Positions 36,523-46,490 of a DNA stretch of 64,000 nt are shown in pieces. How positions within the stretch are numbered: the first letter of the stretch is position 1; every line of letters starts with the position of its first letter. The notes under the pieces are model-generated. The model made no database searches, was not told where the DNA came from, and worked only from the letters and a program-made list of their open reading frames with translations. The DNA is from a virus (taxonomy: Duplodnaviria > Heunggongvirae > Uroviricota > Caudoviricetes). The stretch is taken from the IMG/VR virus record IMGVR_UViG_3300036884_000676. One strand, given 5' to 3'. A program made the translations under genes and the position numbers.

Positions 36523-36975
36523 TTACCTTATCCTTTTTAATTTTGAGACTTCTTCATTTGATAAGGTCATATAATATCCGGGATCTATTCCGAAATAATG
36601 TGTGAGTAAACTACCCACTCCCTTTATCTCTGGTTTTTGATACTGAAAAACAACTTTATGGATTATTATTTTTTCAGCCAACCAAACATTGGAATTACTG
36701 TGTTCTTTCTTCCATACTTTATTTACCGATACAAGAACAACTGCTTTATTTTGAATGTTTTTAAATCTTTTCAGATATCTAATAGATTCATTCAGATTCT
36801 CCATAATATGGAATCCTGATAAATATTCCGTCCCTTTACCATCACTCACCATTTTTTTAGTGGCGGTTAACCATTTACCAGTAGGTAATACTCGACTGCC
36901 ATTTAATCCATGAAATAAGGTTTTTATTTTCCCGTTCTCAAGATCTACTATTTTATACCATTGTTTATTCTTCAT
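36523..36975 (-). CDS. hypothetical protein
   Basis: 150-aa ORF. Confidence 0.4.
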   Translation of the reverse strand: MKNKQWYKIVDLENGKIKTLFHGLNGSRVLPTGKWLTATKKMVSDGKGTEYLSGFHIMENLNESIRYLKRFKNIQNKAVVLVSVNKVWKKEHSNSNVWLAEKIIIHKVVFQYQKPEIKGVGSLLTHYFGIDPGYYMTLSNEEVSKLKRIR

Positions 36976-37386
36976 CAGATATTTATTAATTTAGTTTATT
37001 GATTAATTTGTTTGGAATATCAAACCAACCCTCATCTGACATCATCAGCAGAGCAATGATTCCTACAATGACAACTCCAAGAATTGTCAAAATTACTGTG
37101 ACCAATAACCATAATAGGAAGAAAATACAAATAGCAATATTTTTCATAATTCGATTTATTAATGTATATTCGAATATAGGAAAAATTATTCAATTAAAAA
37201 AATGAAAATGGGAAATTTATCTATTTACAATAATATAACGAATGTACCAAACAGAATAACACAAACACAATAAAAAAACTGGAATCCAAATGAATAAATG
37301 TGTGTGTTTAAAAAGTGCATTCCCAGACATACCAAGAAGTAAACCCATTGGTAGATTAATTCCCCCTAAAATATTTTTAAGTTTTC

Positions 37387-37932
37387 TCATAGTTTTCCTC
37401 TAACTTCTTGAACAATCGTACCTTTTGGTACATGAATTTCAATAATTTCATCATCATCTTTGACCTCTGTTCTTTTCATTTCAAGAATCCAATTTTTCCA
37501 CTTCGGGTTGATGATAATAACCACTTTATTTTTAAGAATATAAGGTTGAATTTCTTCATCTTCTATGATAACGGTATTTTTAGATCGTACATCATCAAGT
37601 ATAAATCCACTTGTTTTACCATACTTTACATAATAAGAATAACGGTATTCCTTATCAATATTTCCACATCCAATGACGAATGATCCTCCACGAATTGTTG
37701 TTTCCTTATTGATACCGTAAATCATTGTTTTGAGAGGTACTTCTTTCTTATTAGCAATTCCTCTGAATACTTCAGTCAAAAAAATCACAATCAATGCCAC
37801 AACGCACCAATAGAGGAGTGTGAGAATAATGGCCCCGCCAATTCTCCCCCAAATAGAATCGTTGATATTTATTGATGTCCAAATGGCTAGTACAATGGCA
37901 ATAATCATTAAAATTAACATTAATGTTCCCAT
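37387..37932 (-). CDS. membrane protein
   Basis: N-terminal hydrophobic helices (MGTLMLILMIIAIVLAIW..., IILTLLYWCVVALIVIFL). Two further small membrane mini-ORFs follow on the minus strand (about 37217..37390 and 36989..37150). Confidence 0.45.
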   Translation of the reverse strand: MGTLMLILMIIAIVLAIWTSININDSIWGRIGGAIILTLLYWCVVALIVIFLTEVFRGIANKKEVPLKTMIYGINKETTIRGGSFVIGCGNIDKEYRYSYYVKYGKTSGFILDDVRSKNTVIIEDEEIQPYILKNKVVIIINPKWKNWILEMKRTEVKDDDEIIEIHVPKGTIVQEVRGKL

Positions 37933-38073
37933 AATTTTTTTTTATTATAATTCATAAAATAAATATTACTATGATAAGGATAAAGATAAGGATGATGTAA
38001 TAACCACCCCCAATATTACCCTCTTTTACATATTTGTGGAAATTTAGGTTCATTCATTTTTGATTAATTAAAA

Positions 38074-38556
38074 TTAATCCATTTCTTCCAGTTCCTCTTT
38101 TGTGATTTCGATACCACCGATTTTATCTCTACAATCTTCAAGAAAGATATGTAAGAAAGGTTCATTTTTTCTCGGCCTCAATCCCCTGACCAATGTGTGT
38201 CCGAATTCATTCAGATATTTCCAACAAGGAACATTGAATTTACCCATTGGATGATTACCCATCCAAACTTCTTCTTCATCGAATTTTTCGTAAATTTCTA
38301 TTTTCAACTGTTGTTCGTCACCGAAGGAACAACCAAGACGATTAAAACCTTTCGGCATCCCAGAAAAAATCTTACCTTGGAAAGATACAGCAGTTCCAGC
38401 GTGATGTCCACTACAACCAACACTCAAATCACTTTTCTTATAACAGGTTATATTAGAACCACACATACAACCGGGACACTGGTATTCTTTAACGGCTTTT
38501 TTGATTTTATCATTCATATAATTCGATTTTTGACAAATATAAGAAGAAGTTTCCAA
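38074..38556 (-). CDS. Cys-rich hypothetical protein
   Basis: CPGCMCGS...CYKK...GCSGHH suggests metal binding. Confidence 0.4.
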   Translation of the reverse strand: METSSYICQKSNYMNDKIKKAVKEYQCPGCMCGSNITCYKKSDLSVGCSGHHAGTAVSFQGKIFSGMPKGFNRLGCSFGDEQQLKIEIYEKFDEEEVWMGNHPMGKFNVPCWKYLNEFGHTLVRGLRPRKNEPFLHIFLEDCRDKIGGIEITKEELEEMD

Positions 38557-38565
38557 ATAAAAAAA

Positions 38566-39471
38566 TTAAATACGAAGTCCGTTACTGGTTATGTCTAAAT
38601 CTCTCATATTGAGATCAAACATCAATGAATCTGGAATTAATATACATTTACTATCTGTCCATACTTCAGGAACACCTCCAGATGTTTTTACTTTTTTATT
38701 CAAAAGTCCTTTATAACTGAGAACTTCAAATCCATTTCTTATTGGTGAAAGTAAATCTTCAAGAACAGACAGTAATGATTTATTTTTTGTAACTATTTGG
38801 TCAGATATATAATTAAAGAATTTCTTATAATATTCCTTACCAGTTCTTCCGAAATCAACATAATCATCATAAGAACCACGATAATATTGAGATATTTTCT
38901 TCGATGAACCGTTAGGATCTTTTTTAATTTCATCTTCTATTTTTTTCACCTGTTTTACAAATATATTATAAACAAGATTATTCAGTTTCTTTTCATCAAA
39001 CAAAGCTTGATGAAAATCATCAATCAAAATATCGAAATAATTTAATTCATCAATACCAGTTTTGGATTGTAAATAATCAAATGATTGCCACATATCTCCC
39101 TGTGAAACAACACCAAATTTGGCACCATCAAAAGGTATTACTCTAAAAACAGTTCCATAAGGTACGGCTTGATAATACATAAGTGTACCAATCAAAGCGT
39201 GTTTTCTTTTCGGGTAATCTTTCCATAAAATTGAATTATCTACAATCATATTATAATAATTATCAGCGTTTGCGGAAAGGCGATGATATTTTTTGGGATC
39301 TATTAAATATGGGTTTTGTTCAAGATATATTCCACGATAAATTTTCTTATCATTATAATCGAAATCTTTACAGTTTTCTTCAATAATTCGTTTTACATCA
39401 TCTTTTGATAATGTGGTAGTATCAATACGATTATTCTCTAATATGAATGTATTAAAAGTAGTTATCATCAA
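38566..39471 (-). CDS. CTS-leader protein
   Basis: N-terminus MMITTFNTFILE|NNR. 301 aa. Confidence 0.45.
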   Translation of the reverse strand: MMITTFNTFILENNRIDTTTLSKDDVKRIIEENCKDFDYNDKKIYRGIYLEQNPYLIDPKKYHRLSANADNYYNMIVDNSILWKDYPKRKHALIGTLMYYQAVPYGTVFRVIPFDGAKFGVVSQGDMWQSFDYLQSKTGIDELNYFDILIDDFHQALFDEKKLNNLVYNIFVKQVKKIEDEIKKDPNGSSKKISQYYRGSYDDYVDFGRTGKEYYKKFFNYISDQIVTKNKSLLSVLEDLLSPIRNGFEVLSYKGLLNKKVKTSGGVPEVWTDSKCILIPDSLMFDLNMRDLDITSNGLRI

Positions 39472-39524
39472 TGGTTATATATTAATTTTTAAAACAAAAA
39501 CCCCTCAATCATGATATAATTTAA

Positions 39525-40190
39525 GTGGACGAAATTTACAAGAAATATTTTGGAATCGAGTGGTATGAAGAATTGAATGAAATCCTACATTCGGAATATT
39601 TTAACAATCTCAAATTATTTTTAAAAGAAGAAAAAGAAACTAAGATTATATATCCAGAAAAAATGGAATTAGCTTTTCGATCTTTTCGTGAAACTCCATT
39701 TAATAAAGTTAAGGTTGTGATTATAGGTCAGGATATTTATCACGATAATAGTTTCGATGGATTAGCTTTTAGTAATGGAACAAAGACATCAGGATTCAGT
39801 CCATCGCTTATCAATATAATGAAAGAAGTTAAATCGGATGTCGGTGGTCAGGTAAAATATAATTTAACTGATTGGTCAAGACAGGGTGTTTTTTTAATTA
39901 ATACTGGTTTAACAGTAGTCAAAGGAAAACCGGGAAGTCATACAGATAAATGGAAGCCTTTCATGTATAATGTAATAAAAGTATTAAGAAAAAGACAGAA
40001 TTTAGTTTATCTACTTTGGGGTAGTTTCGCTCAAAATTTTAGGCAGTTCATGGACGATGAAAATAATTTGATTCTTTGTTGTGGTCATCCCTCACCATTA
40101 AATACGAGTAGACCATTCACTGGAAATAAACATTTTAGTAAAACTAACATATATTTAGAGGAACATAATATTGAAAAAATAAACTGGTAA
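39525..40190 (+). CDS. ung: uracil-DNA glycosylase (family 1, Ung)
   Basis: GTG start. VVIIGQDIYHDNSFDGLAFS matches the GQDPYH water-activating loop, and GHPSPLN matches the HPSPLS motif. Collinear with E. coli Ung. Confidence 0.85.
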   Translation: MDEIYKKYFGIEWYEELNEILHSEYFNNLKLFLKEEKETKIIYPEKMELAFRSFRETPFNKVKVVIIGQDIYHDNSFDGLAFSNGTKTSGFSPSLINIMKEVKSDVGGQVKYNLTDWSRQGVFLINTGLTVVKGKPGSHTDKWKPFMYNVIKVLRKRQNLVYLLWGSFAQNFRQFMDDENNLILCCGHPSPLNTSRPFTGNKHFSKTNIYLEEHNIEKINW

Positions 40191-40192
40191 GA

Positions 40193-41413
40193 ATGAAAAA
40201 TTTTCCACATCAATTCAGTGATTTAAAAAAATTAACAAAATCATTAGAAATAGCTAAACAATTAATAGATAATGGAGATCCTTTAACAGACGAAAAGTTT
40301 GGAGAACAGTTAACGAGAAAAGGTATTTATACATATAGAGAAACTTCTCTTTCAACAGATGAATTTTTACAAAAGGAAAATCAAAAATTGATTCAAAATA
40401 GGGGGTATCTTACTGTATCAAGGGAAATTAGAAGATTTTTGGATTTGTTAGGATTTATTGTTGTTCATCCAGACAAAACAGCAAAATTAACAACGATGGG
40501 GAATGAAATATTAAAATTCCCGAATGATCAAGAATTATGGAAGAATGCTTTATCACAATTAAGGCTCGAATCCACAAATGGAGAAATTAGTCACCCATAT
40601 AGAATTTTACTTAAACTTGTGAGTACTTTTTCGGGAATAGAAATAAAAAAATTAATGTTGGCTTTGGAAGCTGAAAATGACTCAGACGATGAATTTGAGA
40701 GAATATCAAATTTGGTTAACAAAGATATTGATTATATTATTCAACTTCTTAATATAACAGAATCAATAGCTGACAATTCAGTTAAAATATTACCAAGTAT
40801 TGCTGAACAATTGGGTAATATAGAAAAAATAAAAAATAAGATATATCTAACTGGCCATGTTATAATTACCGAAGATGGCATTATATCATCTGATAGTTAT
40901 AAAAAAGAGAAAATAAAAATAAATTTTGTAAGTGCCCAAGAAATAGCAAAAGCACCATTTTTTAAAAATTTACCATCTCTTTATATCGATCCAACTGAAT
41001 CTAATAGAATCAGAGAAAAAAGAACCGATCATCATCATAAAGATCTTCGTGATCTTTCTTTCTTACTCGAAAAATATGGATTTAAATTTCGTCAAAATCC
41101 CTTTGATTTATTAGCTGTAAATAATGATATTGTTCTTCTTTATGAAATGAAAACGATTTCAAATGATTTATCTGATGAAATGGAACAATCAATCAAGGGT
41201 CTTGGTCAGTTGAGAGCATATAATTATTTTCAACTATTAAAAAAGGGATATGAAAATGCTAAAAAAATAATTGTATTTTCCCAGAAACCATCAAATGAAA
41301 TAATAGATTTTTTTATAAGTGAAAATATTTCAACTATTTGGAAAAATAATGAGAATTTTGAGATATTTAATTCAACAACGAGAATGATAGAAATATATAA
41401 TCCAATGATATGA
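40193..41413 (+). CDS. hypothetical protein with C-terminal PD-(D/E)xK-like motif
   Basis: PFDLLAVNNDIVLLYEMKT matches D...(h)hE(h)K. Otherwise unassigned. Confidence 0.35.
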   Translation: MKNFPHQFSDLKKLTKSLEIAKQLIDNGDPLTDEKFGEQLTRKGIYTYRETSLSTDEFLQKENQKLIQNRGYLTVSREIRRFLDLLGFIVVHPDKTAKLTTMGNEILKFPNDQELWKNALSQLRLESTNGEISHPYRILLKLVSTFSGIEIKKLMLALEAENDSDDEFERISNLVNKDIDYIIQLLNITESIADNSVKILPSIAEQLGNIEKIKNKIYLTGHVIITEDGIISSDSYKKEKIKINFVSAQEIAKAPFFKNLPSLYIDPTESNRIREKRTDHHHKDLRDLSFLLEKYGFKFRQNPFDLLAVNNDIVLLYEMKTISNDLSDEMEQSIKGLGQLRAYNYFQLLKKGYENAKKIIVFSQKPSNEIIDFFISENISTIWKNNENFEIFNSTTRMIEIYNPMI

Positions 41414-41522
41414 AAAGAAAAAAGATGATATCATTCATTCAATGTCTGAGGAAATTAACCTTTGGAGAAAAAATTTTAATGAATCTCAGGGAACAATAAA
41501 AATTTAACTGAAAATAATAACA

Positions 41523-41939
41523 ATGGAAAACAATGATTTAATAGCTGAATTCATGGGTTACGAGAAAGTGACAGTTGGTTATTTTGGAACCGATGATGAA
41601 ACAGAATGGCAAAAAGAACATGATTATTGGATGTTTGATGTAGGATTGACAGAAATTGGTGATTACTATGTGAATGTACCAAAGAAAGAATTCTATAAAA
41701 TTGAAAATATGGAATTGTGGTATGGTGAATGGAATAAACTGATGAATGTGATAGAAAAAATTGAAAACATGGGTTATGAAGTTTCTATAATAAACAATGA
41801 ATGTGAAATAGGAGAAGATGTAGATGCTGAACATTATGTGGGTTTAGTATGTAAACAAGAAAAATATAAAATCACATCAGTATATTCAGCAATAGTTGAA
41901 TTTATTAATTGGTATAATAATAAAGAAAAGAAATTATGA
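41523..41939 (+). CDS. hypothetical protein
   Basis: 138-aa ORF. Confidence 0.35.
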   Translation: MENNDLIAEFMGYEKVTVGYFGTDDETEWQKEHDYWMFDVGLTEIGDYYVNVPKKEFYKIENMELWYGEWNKLMNVIEKIENMGYEVSIINNECEIGEDVDAEHYVGLVCKQEKYKITSVYSAIVEFINWYNNKEKKL

Positions 41940-42262
41940 GATGTCCATATTGTAACTCCGACCTCATCTATGAGGAAGAATATTATAGAGGAAAACCCGG
42001 TAGAAATGTAAATGGAAGTCAACCATATCCTATTGGATATTACTCTGAACCATCTTCAAATTATAAAGTATTGGGAGAAATATTCCGTTGTCCAAACGCT
42101 AATGGATTTGAAGATGAATCCGAAGCGATTGAATATGCTAAAAATAATGACATAGAATATTCAGAAGTAAGTGAAATTGTATGTGAAAGTAATTGTCATC
42201 ATGTCTGTGGATCTTTTTATACAGATGAAGATGGAAATCTACATAATGGATTTCCTTGTTGA
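41936..42262 (+). CDS. Cys-rich small protein
   Basis: CPYCNS...CPNANG...CESNCHHVCG. Confidence 0.35.
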   Translation: MRCPYCNSDLIYEEEYYRGKPGRNVNGSQPYPIGYYSEPSSNYKVLGEIFRCPNANGFEDESEAIEYAKNNDIEYSEVSEIVCESNCHHVCGSFYTDEDGNLHNGFPC

Positions 42263-42279
42263 AAAAATAAAAAAATATT

Positions 42280-42474
42280 ATGAATATATTGGAAAACGCT
42301 TCGAATGAAGATATATTGAAATTTAAATTATTATGTAAGGATGATAAACAAACAGATGAACAGGTAGAACTTGTTTTTTTAAATATTGAAATATGTAATG
42401 AATGGGAAATAAATGAAGTTGTTAGTATTTTGGAACAATACCGACCAAATATTTTCAATAAATATAATATTTAG
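42280..42474 (+). CDS. hypothetical protein
   Basis: 64-aa ORF. Confidence 0.3.
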   Translation: MNILENASNEDILKFKLLCKDDKQTDEQVELVFLNIEICNEWEINEVVSILEQYRPNIFNKYNI

Positions 42475-42475
42475 A

Positions 42476-42988
42476 ATGAAAATCAATATAAAGATTGTTC
42501 CATTGATAAATAATTTTTCAAGAGATTTAGTTGAGAAAGATAAAGAATACATTTATTTGTTTACGGATAACTCTGGTAGAACATCTGGAAAAATTCCAAT
42601 CCAAGATGGATGGTATAAAAACAAATATGGTAAAAATAAAATACTAAAATATCCAACCATGACTCAAGCTGTTATCAGGGGGTTGGATAACGCTTATCCG
42701 ATAACAACAACTGTTGATGATAAACGAACACAATGGAAAGACTATATGTTTGAAGAATATAAATCTATTATAGATGATGAAATAGATCAAATTATAAATA
42801 TTCTAAAAACAGAAAAGTATATAGGAATTAAATTCTCAGCAATAATGACATTTGGAAAAGGGAAAATATCCAACATGAAAGAAACATCTCCGTTATGTTG
42901 GAATTATCTCAATACCAAATTAATGAAAATTAAAATAGATAATACTGGTGAGAAACCAATATTTTCAATAAAAAATACTAATATATAA
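42476..42988 (+). CDS. hypothetical protein
   Basis: The probable start is MKINIKIVPL, immediately after the upstream stop. The track ORF begins at 42413. Confidence 0.35.
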   Translation: MKINIKIVPLINNFSRDLVEKDKEYIYLFTDNSGRTSGKIPIQDGWYKNKYGKNKILKYPTMTQAVIRGLDNAYPITTTVDDKRTQWKDYMFEEYKSIIDDEIDQIINILKTEKYIGIKFSAIMTFGKGKISNMKETSPLCWNYLNTKLMKIKIDNTGEKPIFSIKNTNI

Positions 42989-43004
42989 AAATAAACTAAG
43001 GACT

Positions 43005-43337
43005 ATGAAAATTGATGATTTTATCAAACAAGAACTACTTTCCTCTTTCCAAAAACAATATAAAAAAAGTGAACTTTTATCTCATTTAGAATCTGATACA
43101 ACCAGAATCATTGATTTTATAGTAGAAGAATTTTCTCCAAAATCTGCAACTATCAGATTTAATGATAATTTTGCTTTCCTATCAATTCTATATGATAGTA
43201 AAATACTATATTTATATGTTCAGTTTTATCAAAACAGAAAAACAGCAGTTAAAATTGTATCCACAGATGGTAAAAAAGAAAAAGCCGTTTTTAAGGGTGA
43301 TATAGATGAATTTATTGATTTATACCGTAAAAAATGA
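43005..43337 (+). CDS. hypothetical protein
   Basis: 110-aa ORF with N-terminus MKIDDFIKQE. Confidence 0.35.
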   Translation: MKIDDFIKQELLSSFQKQYKKSELLSHLESDTTRIIDFIVEEFSPKSATIRFNDNFAFLSILYDSKILYLYVQFYQNRKTAVKIVSTDGKKEKAVFKGDIDEFIDLYRKK

Positions 43338-43918
43338 AAATAGTTAGACCGTGTAATGTTTTATATTGTGGAATGGCTGATGATATTCTACATCCTTTGT
43401 TACTTGTTCCAGAATTAACCAAATTATTTGTTATTGATTATTTCGATTCAGCTTTTGCTAAAAATGGAACTTGGGAAGGTCAAAAGAAAGATATATTAGA
43501 AATTCTGACCTCTGGTAACAATAAAAACTCACGTCATAGAGAGGTTTATTCTCATTATTATAAAAAAGTTCCTATTTATTATTTAGATGATCCATGTAAA
43601 ATAATAAAACAATTAGATGAAAATAAATGCTGGGAGGTGGATTTTATGTATAAGGGAATCAAAAGAGAATTGAATTATTTTCATCATACAAATTTTATAT
43701 CTAAATGGAATAAAGATATTAGTGATATCTCTCATGTTATGAGTATGGGAGCTGTGTTTCCAATTTCAGATAAAAAACTAAAAAAAATGTTGATTGAAAG
43801 AACAACCCCCGATTGTAAATATTATGATGAATTTTTTGAAGAAAAAGATACTGTAAAGAAAGAAGTATTAGGTAGAACCATTTATATAAACGAACTAAAT
43901 TCGGTGATTAAAAATTAA
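43334..43918 (+). CDS. hypothetical protein
   Basis: 194-aa ORF. Confidence 0.35.
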   Translation: MKIVRPCNVLYCGMADDILHPLLLVPELTKLFVIDYFDSAFAKNGTWEGQKKDILEILTSGNNKNSRHREVYSHYYKKVPIYYLDDPCKIIKQLDENKCWEVDFMYKGIKRELNYFHHTNFISKWNKDISDISHVMSMGAVFPISDKKLKKMLIERTTPDCKYYDEFFEEKDTVKKEVLGRTIYINELNSVIKN

Positions 43919-43946
43919 TATATACGGAAAAAGAATACTGAATTAA

Positions 43947-44693
43947 ATGGAAGAATTCAAAATACCAGATAATATTCCTGTCATTGACAAACCAGAAGAA
44001 TATGAGAAAGTAATAGGTGTACAACCAGAACAAACTCCACCACCAGCCATTACCCAGCAACCAGTAGAATTAAAGCCGGGAATTTCGATTGTTGAAAGAT
44101 CCTTTGAGGGATTTAATATACCAGATAACATCTCTGTTTATGAAAAACCAGAAGATGCTTATCAAGTTCCAAGTAATGTTCCAGTAGTCGAGAATACGAA
44201 ATCAGAAGAAAAACCTGAAATTAAAATTTCAGAAGAAGAATTGGATATTTGGAAACGAATTGAAGAAGAATTAGGTGATGTCACCACTTCTAATAAATTC
44301 GTATCTTTTGATGGGGAAATCAATAAAATAGATGAAAAAAAACTTTGTGAATGGTTAAAAGAAAAACTTTCAGGAATTTCATTTTGTCAAACATATCTCA
44401 CCGATAAAATAGATGGTGATAATGGTATAGTAAAAGAAAATTCCACTTTGATGTTAAAAACTGATAAAGGAAGTAAATTTTTCCTCAACAAGGCCGGAAA
44501 ATATCACCGTTTAGATGGACCTGCAATCGAATGGATGTATGGAGCCAATGAATACTTTAAGAATGGCATAAGACACAGAATTGGGGGGCCAGCCTATGAA
44601 AATAAAGATGAAAAACAATTTTGGTTCGAGGGAAAACAATATAGTGAAGTAGAATATTGGAAAATTTCTCAGGAAATAGAAAACTTAAAGTAA
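43947..44693 (+). CDS. Pro-rich protein with MORN-variant-like repeats
   Basis: The N-terminal half is Pro/Glu-rich. The C-terminus carries YHRLDGPAIEW...YFKNGIRHRIGGPAYE...FWFEGKQYS repeats resembling the MORN-variant/YwqK family. Confidence 0.4.
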   Translation: MEEFKIPDNIPVIDKPEEYEKVIGVQPEQTPPPAITQQPVELKPGISIVERSFEGFNIPDNISVYEKPEDAYQVPSNVPVVENTKSEEKPEIKISEEELDIWKRIEEELGDVTTSNKFVSFDGEINKIDEKKLCEWLKEKLSGISFCQTYLTDKIDGDNGIVKENSTLMLKTDKGSKFFLNKAGKYHRLDGPAIEWMYGANEYFKNGIRHRIGGPAYENKDEKQFWFEGKQYSEVEYWKISQEIENLK

Positions 44694-44725
44694 TTTTATT
44701 CATATAATATCTAAAAAGATATATT

Positions 44726-45205
44726 GTGGATTTTCAAACACCATCCGAAGTTTGTGATTATATGGTTTCGTTAATGAAATCAGATAATTTAAAAAATCAT
44801 CTTAAAATTTTAGAACCAACTCCCGGTGAAGGAAATTTAGTAAATGCTCTTAGAAGATTAACATTCAATGAAGTTATAGCACCAGATGATTTTTGGAATA
44901 TAGATGAAACAGAATACTTTGATTATATAATTATGAATCCACCGTTTAGTCCAATGGAAATGGGTTATAAAATATTATATCGTTGTATGAATATGAGTAA
45001 TAGAATCATAGCTTTAATGCCTTGGTTAACAATAATAAACAGTGAAAAAAGAACAAAAGATATAATGAATTTCGGTTTAAGATCAATTACACATTTACCA
45101 AGAAATGTATTTAAAGGAAGTAGGGTACAATGTTGTGTATTGGAAATGGAAAAAGATTTTCGTGAGGAAACAAAATTTAAAACATTTAATTTTAAAAATG
45201 AATAA
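44726..45205 (+). CDS. small N6-adenine methyltransferase-like protein (possibly truncated)
   Basis: GTG start. Motif I ILEPTPGEGNL and motif IV IIMNPPF. Only 159 aa, with no obvious target-recognition domain. Confidence 0.45.
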   Translation: MDFQTPSEVCDYMVSLMKSDNLKNHLKILEPTPGEGNLVNALRRLTFNEVIAPDDFWNIDETEYFDYIIMNPPFSPMEMGYKILYRCMNMSNRIIALMPWLTIINSEKRTKDIMNFGLRSITHLPRNVFKGSRVQCCVLEMEKDFREETKFKTFNFKNE

Positions 45206-45297
45206 TATGAAAGATAATTATAGAATATGGTATAATTTAGATCATGGAATAAGAGTTGTAAAATTTTTTACAATACTTACTTATCCATTATTTCCAA

Positions 45298-45534
45298 TTG
45301 ATGAAAATCAATTTAAAAAATAATAAAAATAAGATGAGATATTCAGAAACATTTAAAAAAAGTCAAACCAAAACAGTTGCTAATGGATTTGAGATTGCAG
45401 TAGAATGTAATAAAGTTCTTAATGTTGAAAATGAAAATAGTGAACTTATTAAGTTTCAATATGATAAGAAAAACGGAACATTAACAGTTTTGGAGGGTTT
45501 TAAATTAGTAACAGTAACTTACGAAGGAAAATAA
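45298..45534 (+). CDS. hypothetical protein
   Basis: 78-aa ORF. Confidence 0.3.
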   Translation: MMKINLKNNKNKMRYSETFKKSQTKTVANGFEIAVECNKVLNVENENSELIKFQYDKKNGTLTVLEGFKLVTVTYEGK

Positions 45535-45983
45535 TGTTTGAAAAAAGTATAGATATTGGTCAGAATGGAGAAATCGTTGTTGAAGATGTATCCTTGCTTC
45601 CAAAAGTAAAGAATATAAGTTCTAAAACAATAGGAAGTGATATAGTAGGATTCAAACCAAACAGCGAACTCCCACCTGATTATGATACTTGGAAAGAACC
45701 AGATATTGATTATTTGAAAATCAATGATTTGTCAGAACTGAAAGATTATATAAATAACTGGTTCAAGGAACATCCAAAAGTTCCTAAGGAATGGTTACAG
45801 GTTACTAAGATAGCACAATATTCCTTTTTTGAAAAAACAAAACCAGCCTCTTTTATTCAGATTTTTGTTGATTCACCAGTTGAAAACTTTTTAGATGATA
45901 TTCGTTTTAATCATCAAGAAGTTGGAAAATTACCAATAACTTATGATATAAAAGAAGTTGAAAATATTCTGAAAAATGTATAG
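45534..45983 (+). CDS. hypothetical protein
   Basis: 149-aa ORF. Confidence 0.35.
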   Translation: MFEKSIDIGQNGEIVVEDVSLLPKVKNISSKTIGSDIVGFKPNSELPPDYDTWKEPDIDYLKINDLSELKDYINNWFKEHPKVPKEWLQVTKIAQYSFFEKTKPASFIQIFVDSPVENFLDDIRFNHQEVGKLPITYDIKEVENILKNV

Positions 45984-46191
45984 ATGTGGTTATTGTGGAA
46001 CACCTACCGATGAACATGGTGTACCATTGAATAATTGTAGTGAAATAAGTGAATCGGAATTGGACAATGCAACTCTAACTCAGGGTGAGTGTTGTAGAGA
46101 ACAGGAAGAAGAAAAATATGTCATTATAACAAGAGATATGGCCATTGACGCGGGTGACCCATCTCTCGAAGGTCAAAGATGGAAATGGTAA
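45976..46191 (+). CDS. hypothetical protein
   Basis: 71-aa ORF with CGYCGT...C. Confidence 0.3.
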   Translation: MYRCGYCGTPTDEHGVPLNNCSEISESELDNATLTQGECCREQEEEKYVIITRDMAIDAGDPSLEGQRWKW

Positions 46192-46299
46192 AAATTAAAT
46201 GAAATAAAATGCAAACACTTATTTTTTCTATAATGGTAATAATTGGTATTTATGCCGTTTATTGTATAATCGATATATTCAGAATTCACAAAAAGATTT

Positions 46300-46485
46300 T
46301 TGGTAAAAATTCAAAATCAGATGAAGAAAAAATCTAAAAAATACTATTATATAATCACTGAGACAGAATGTGTTCTTTGTGGTCGTGGTAAAACAACAAG
46401 AGAAAGAGTCTATGGTAAAAAACCGAAAGACCCTTGGAAAACCCACATATTTGAACAGTATGCTTGTGGTGAACATTTTATTTAA
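46300..46485 (+). CDS. small zinc-ribbon-like protein
   Basis: CVLCGRG...ACGEH. Confidence 0.3.
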   Translation: MVKIQNQMKKKSKKYYYIITETECVLCGRGKTTRERVYGKKPKDPWKTHIFEQYACGEHFI

Positions 46486-46490
46486 AAAAT

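Noticed and set aside
39511-39519. Extended -10 promoter TGATATAAT for the UDG gene
   Set aside because: It ends only 5 nt before the GTG start codon, leaving no room for a leader or RBS. Recorded only as a recurrence of the nonamer seen at 30783.
41414-41522. Terminator-like hairpin after 40193..41413 (CTGAG ... CTCAG)
   Set aside because: Only a 5-bp stem with a loop of about 38 nt and no U-tract.
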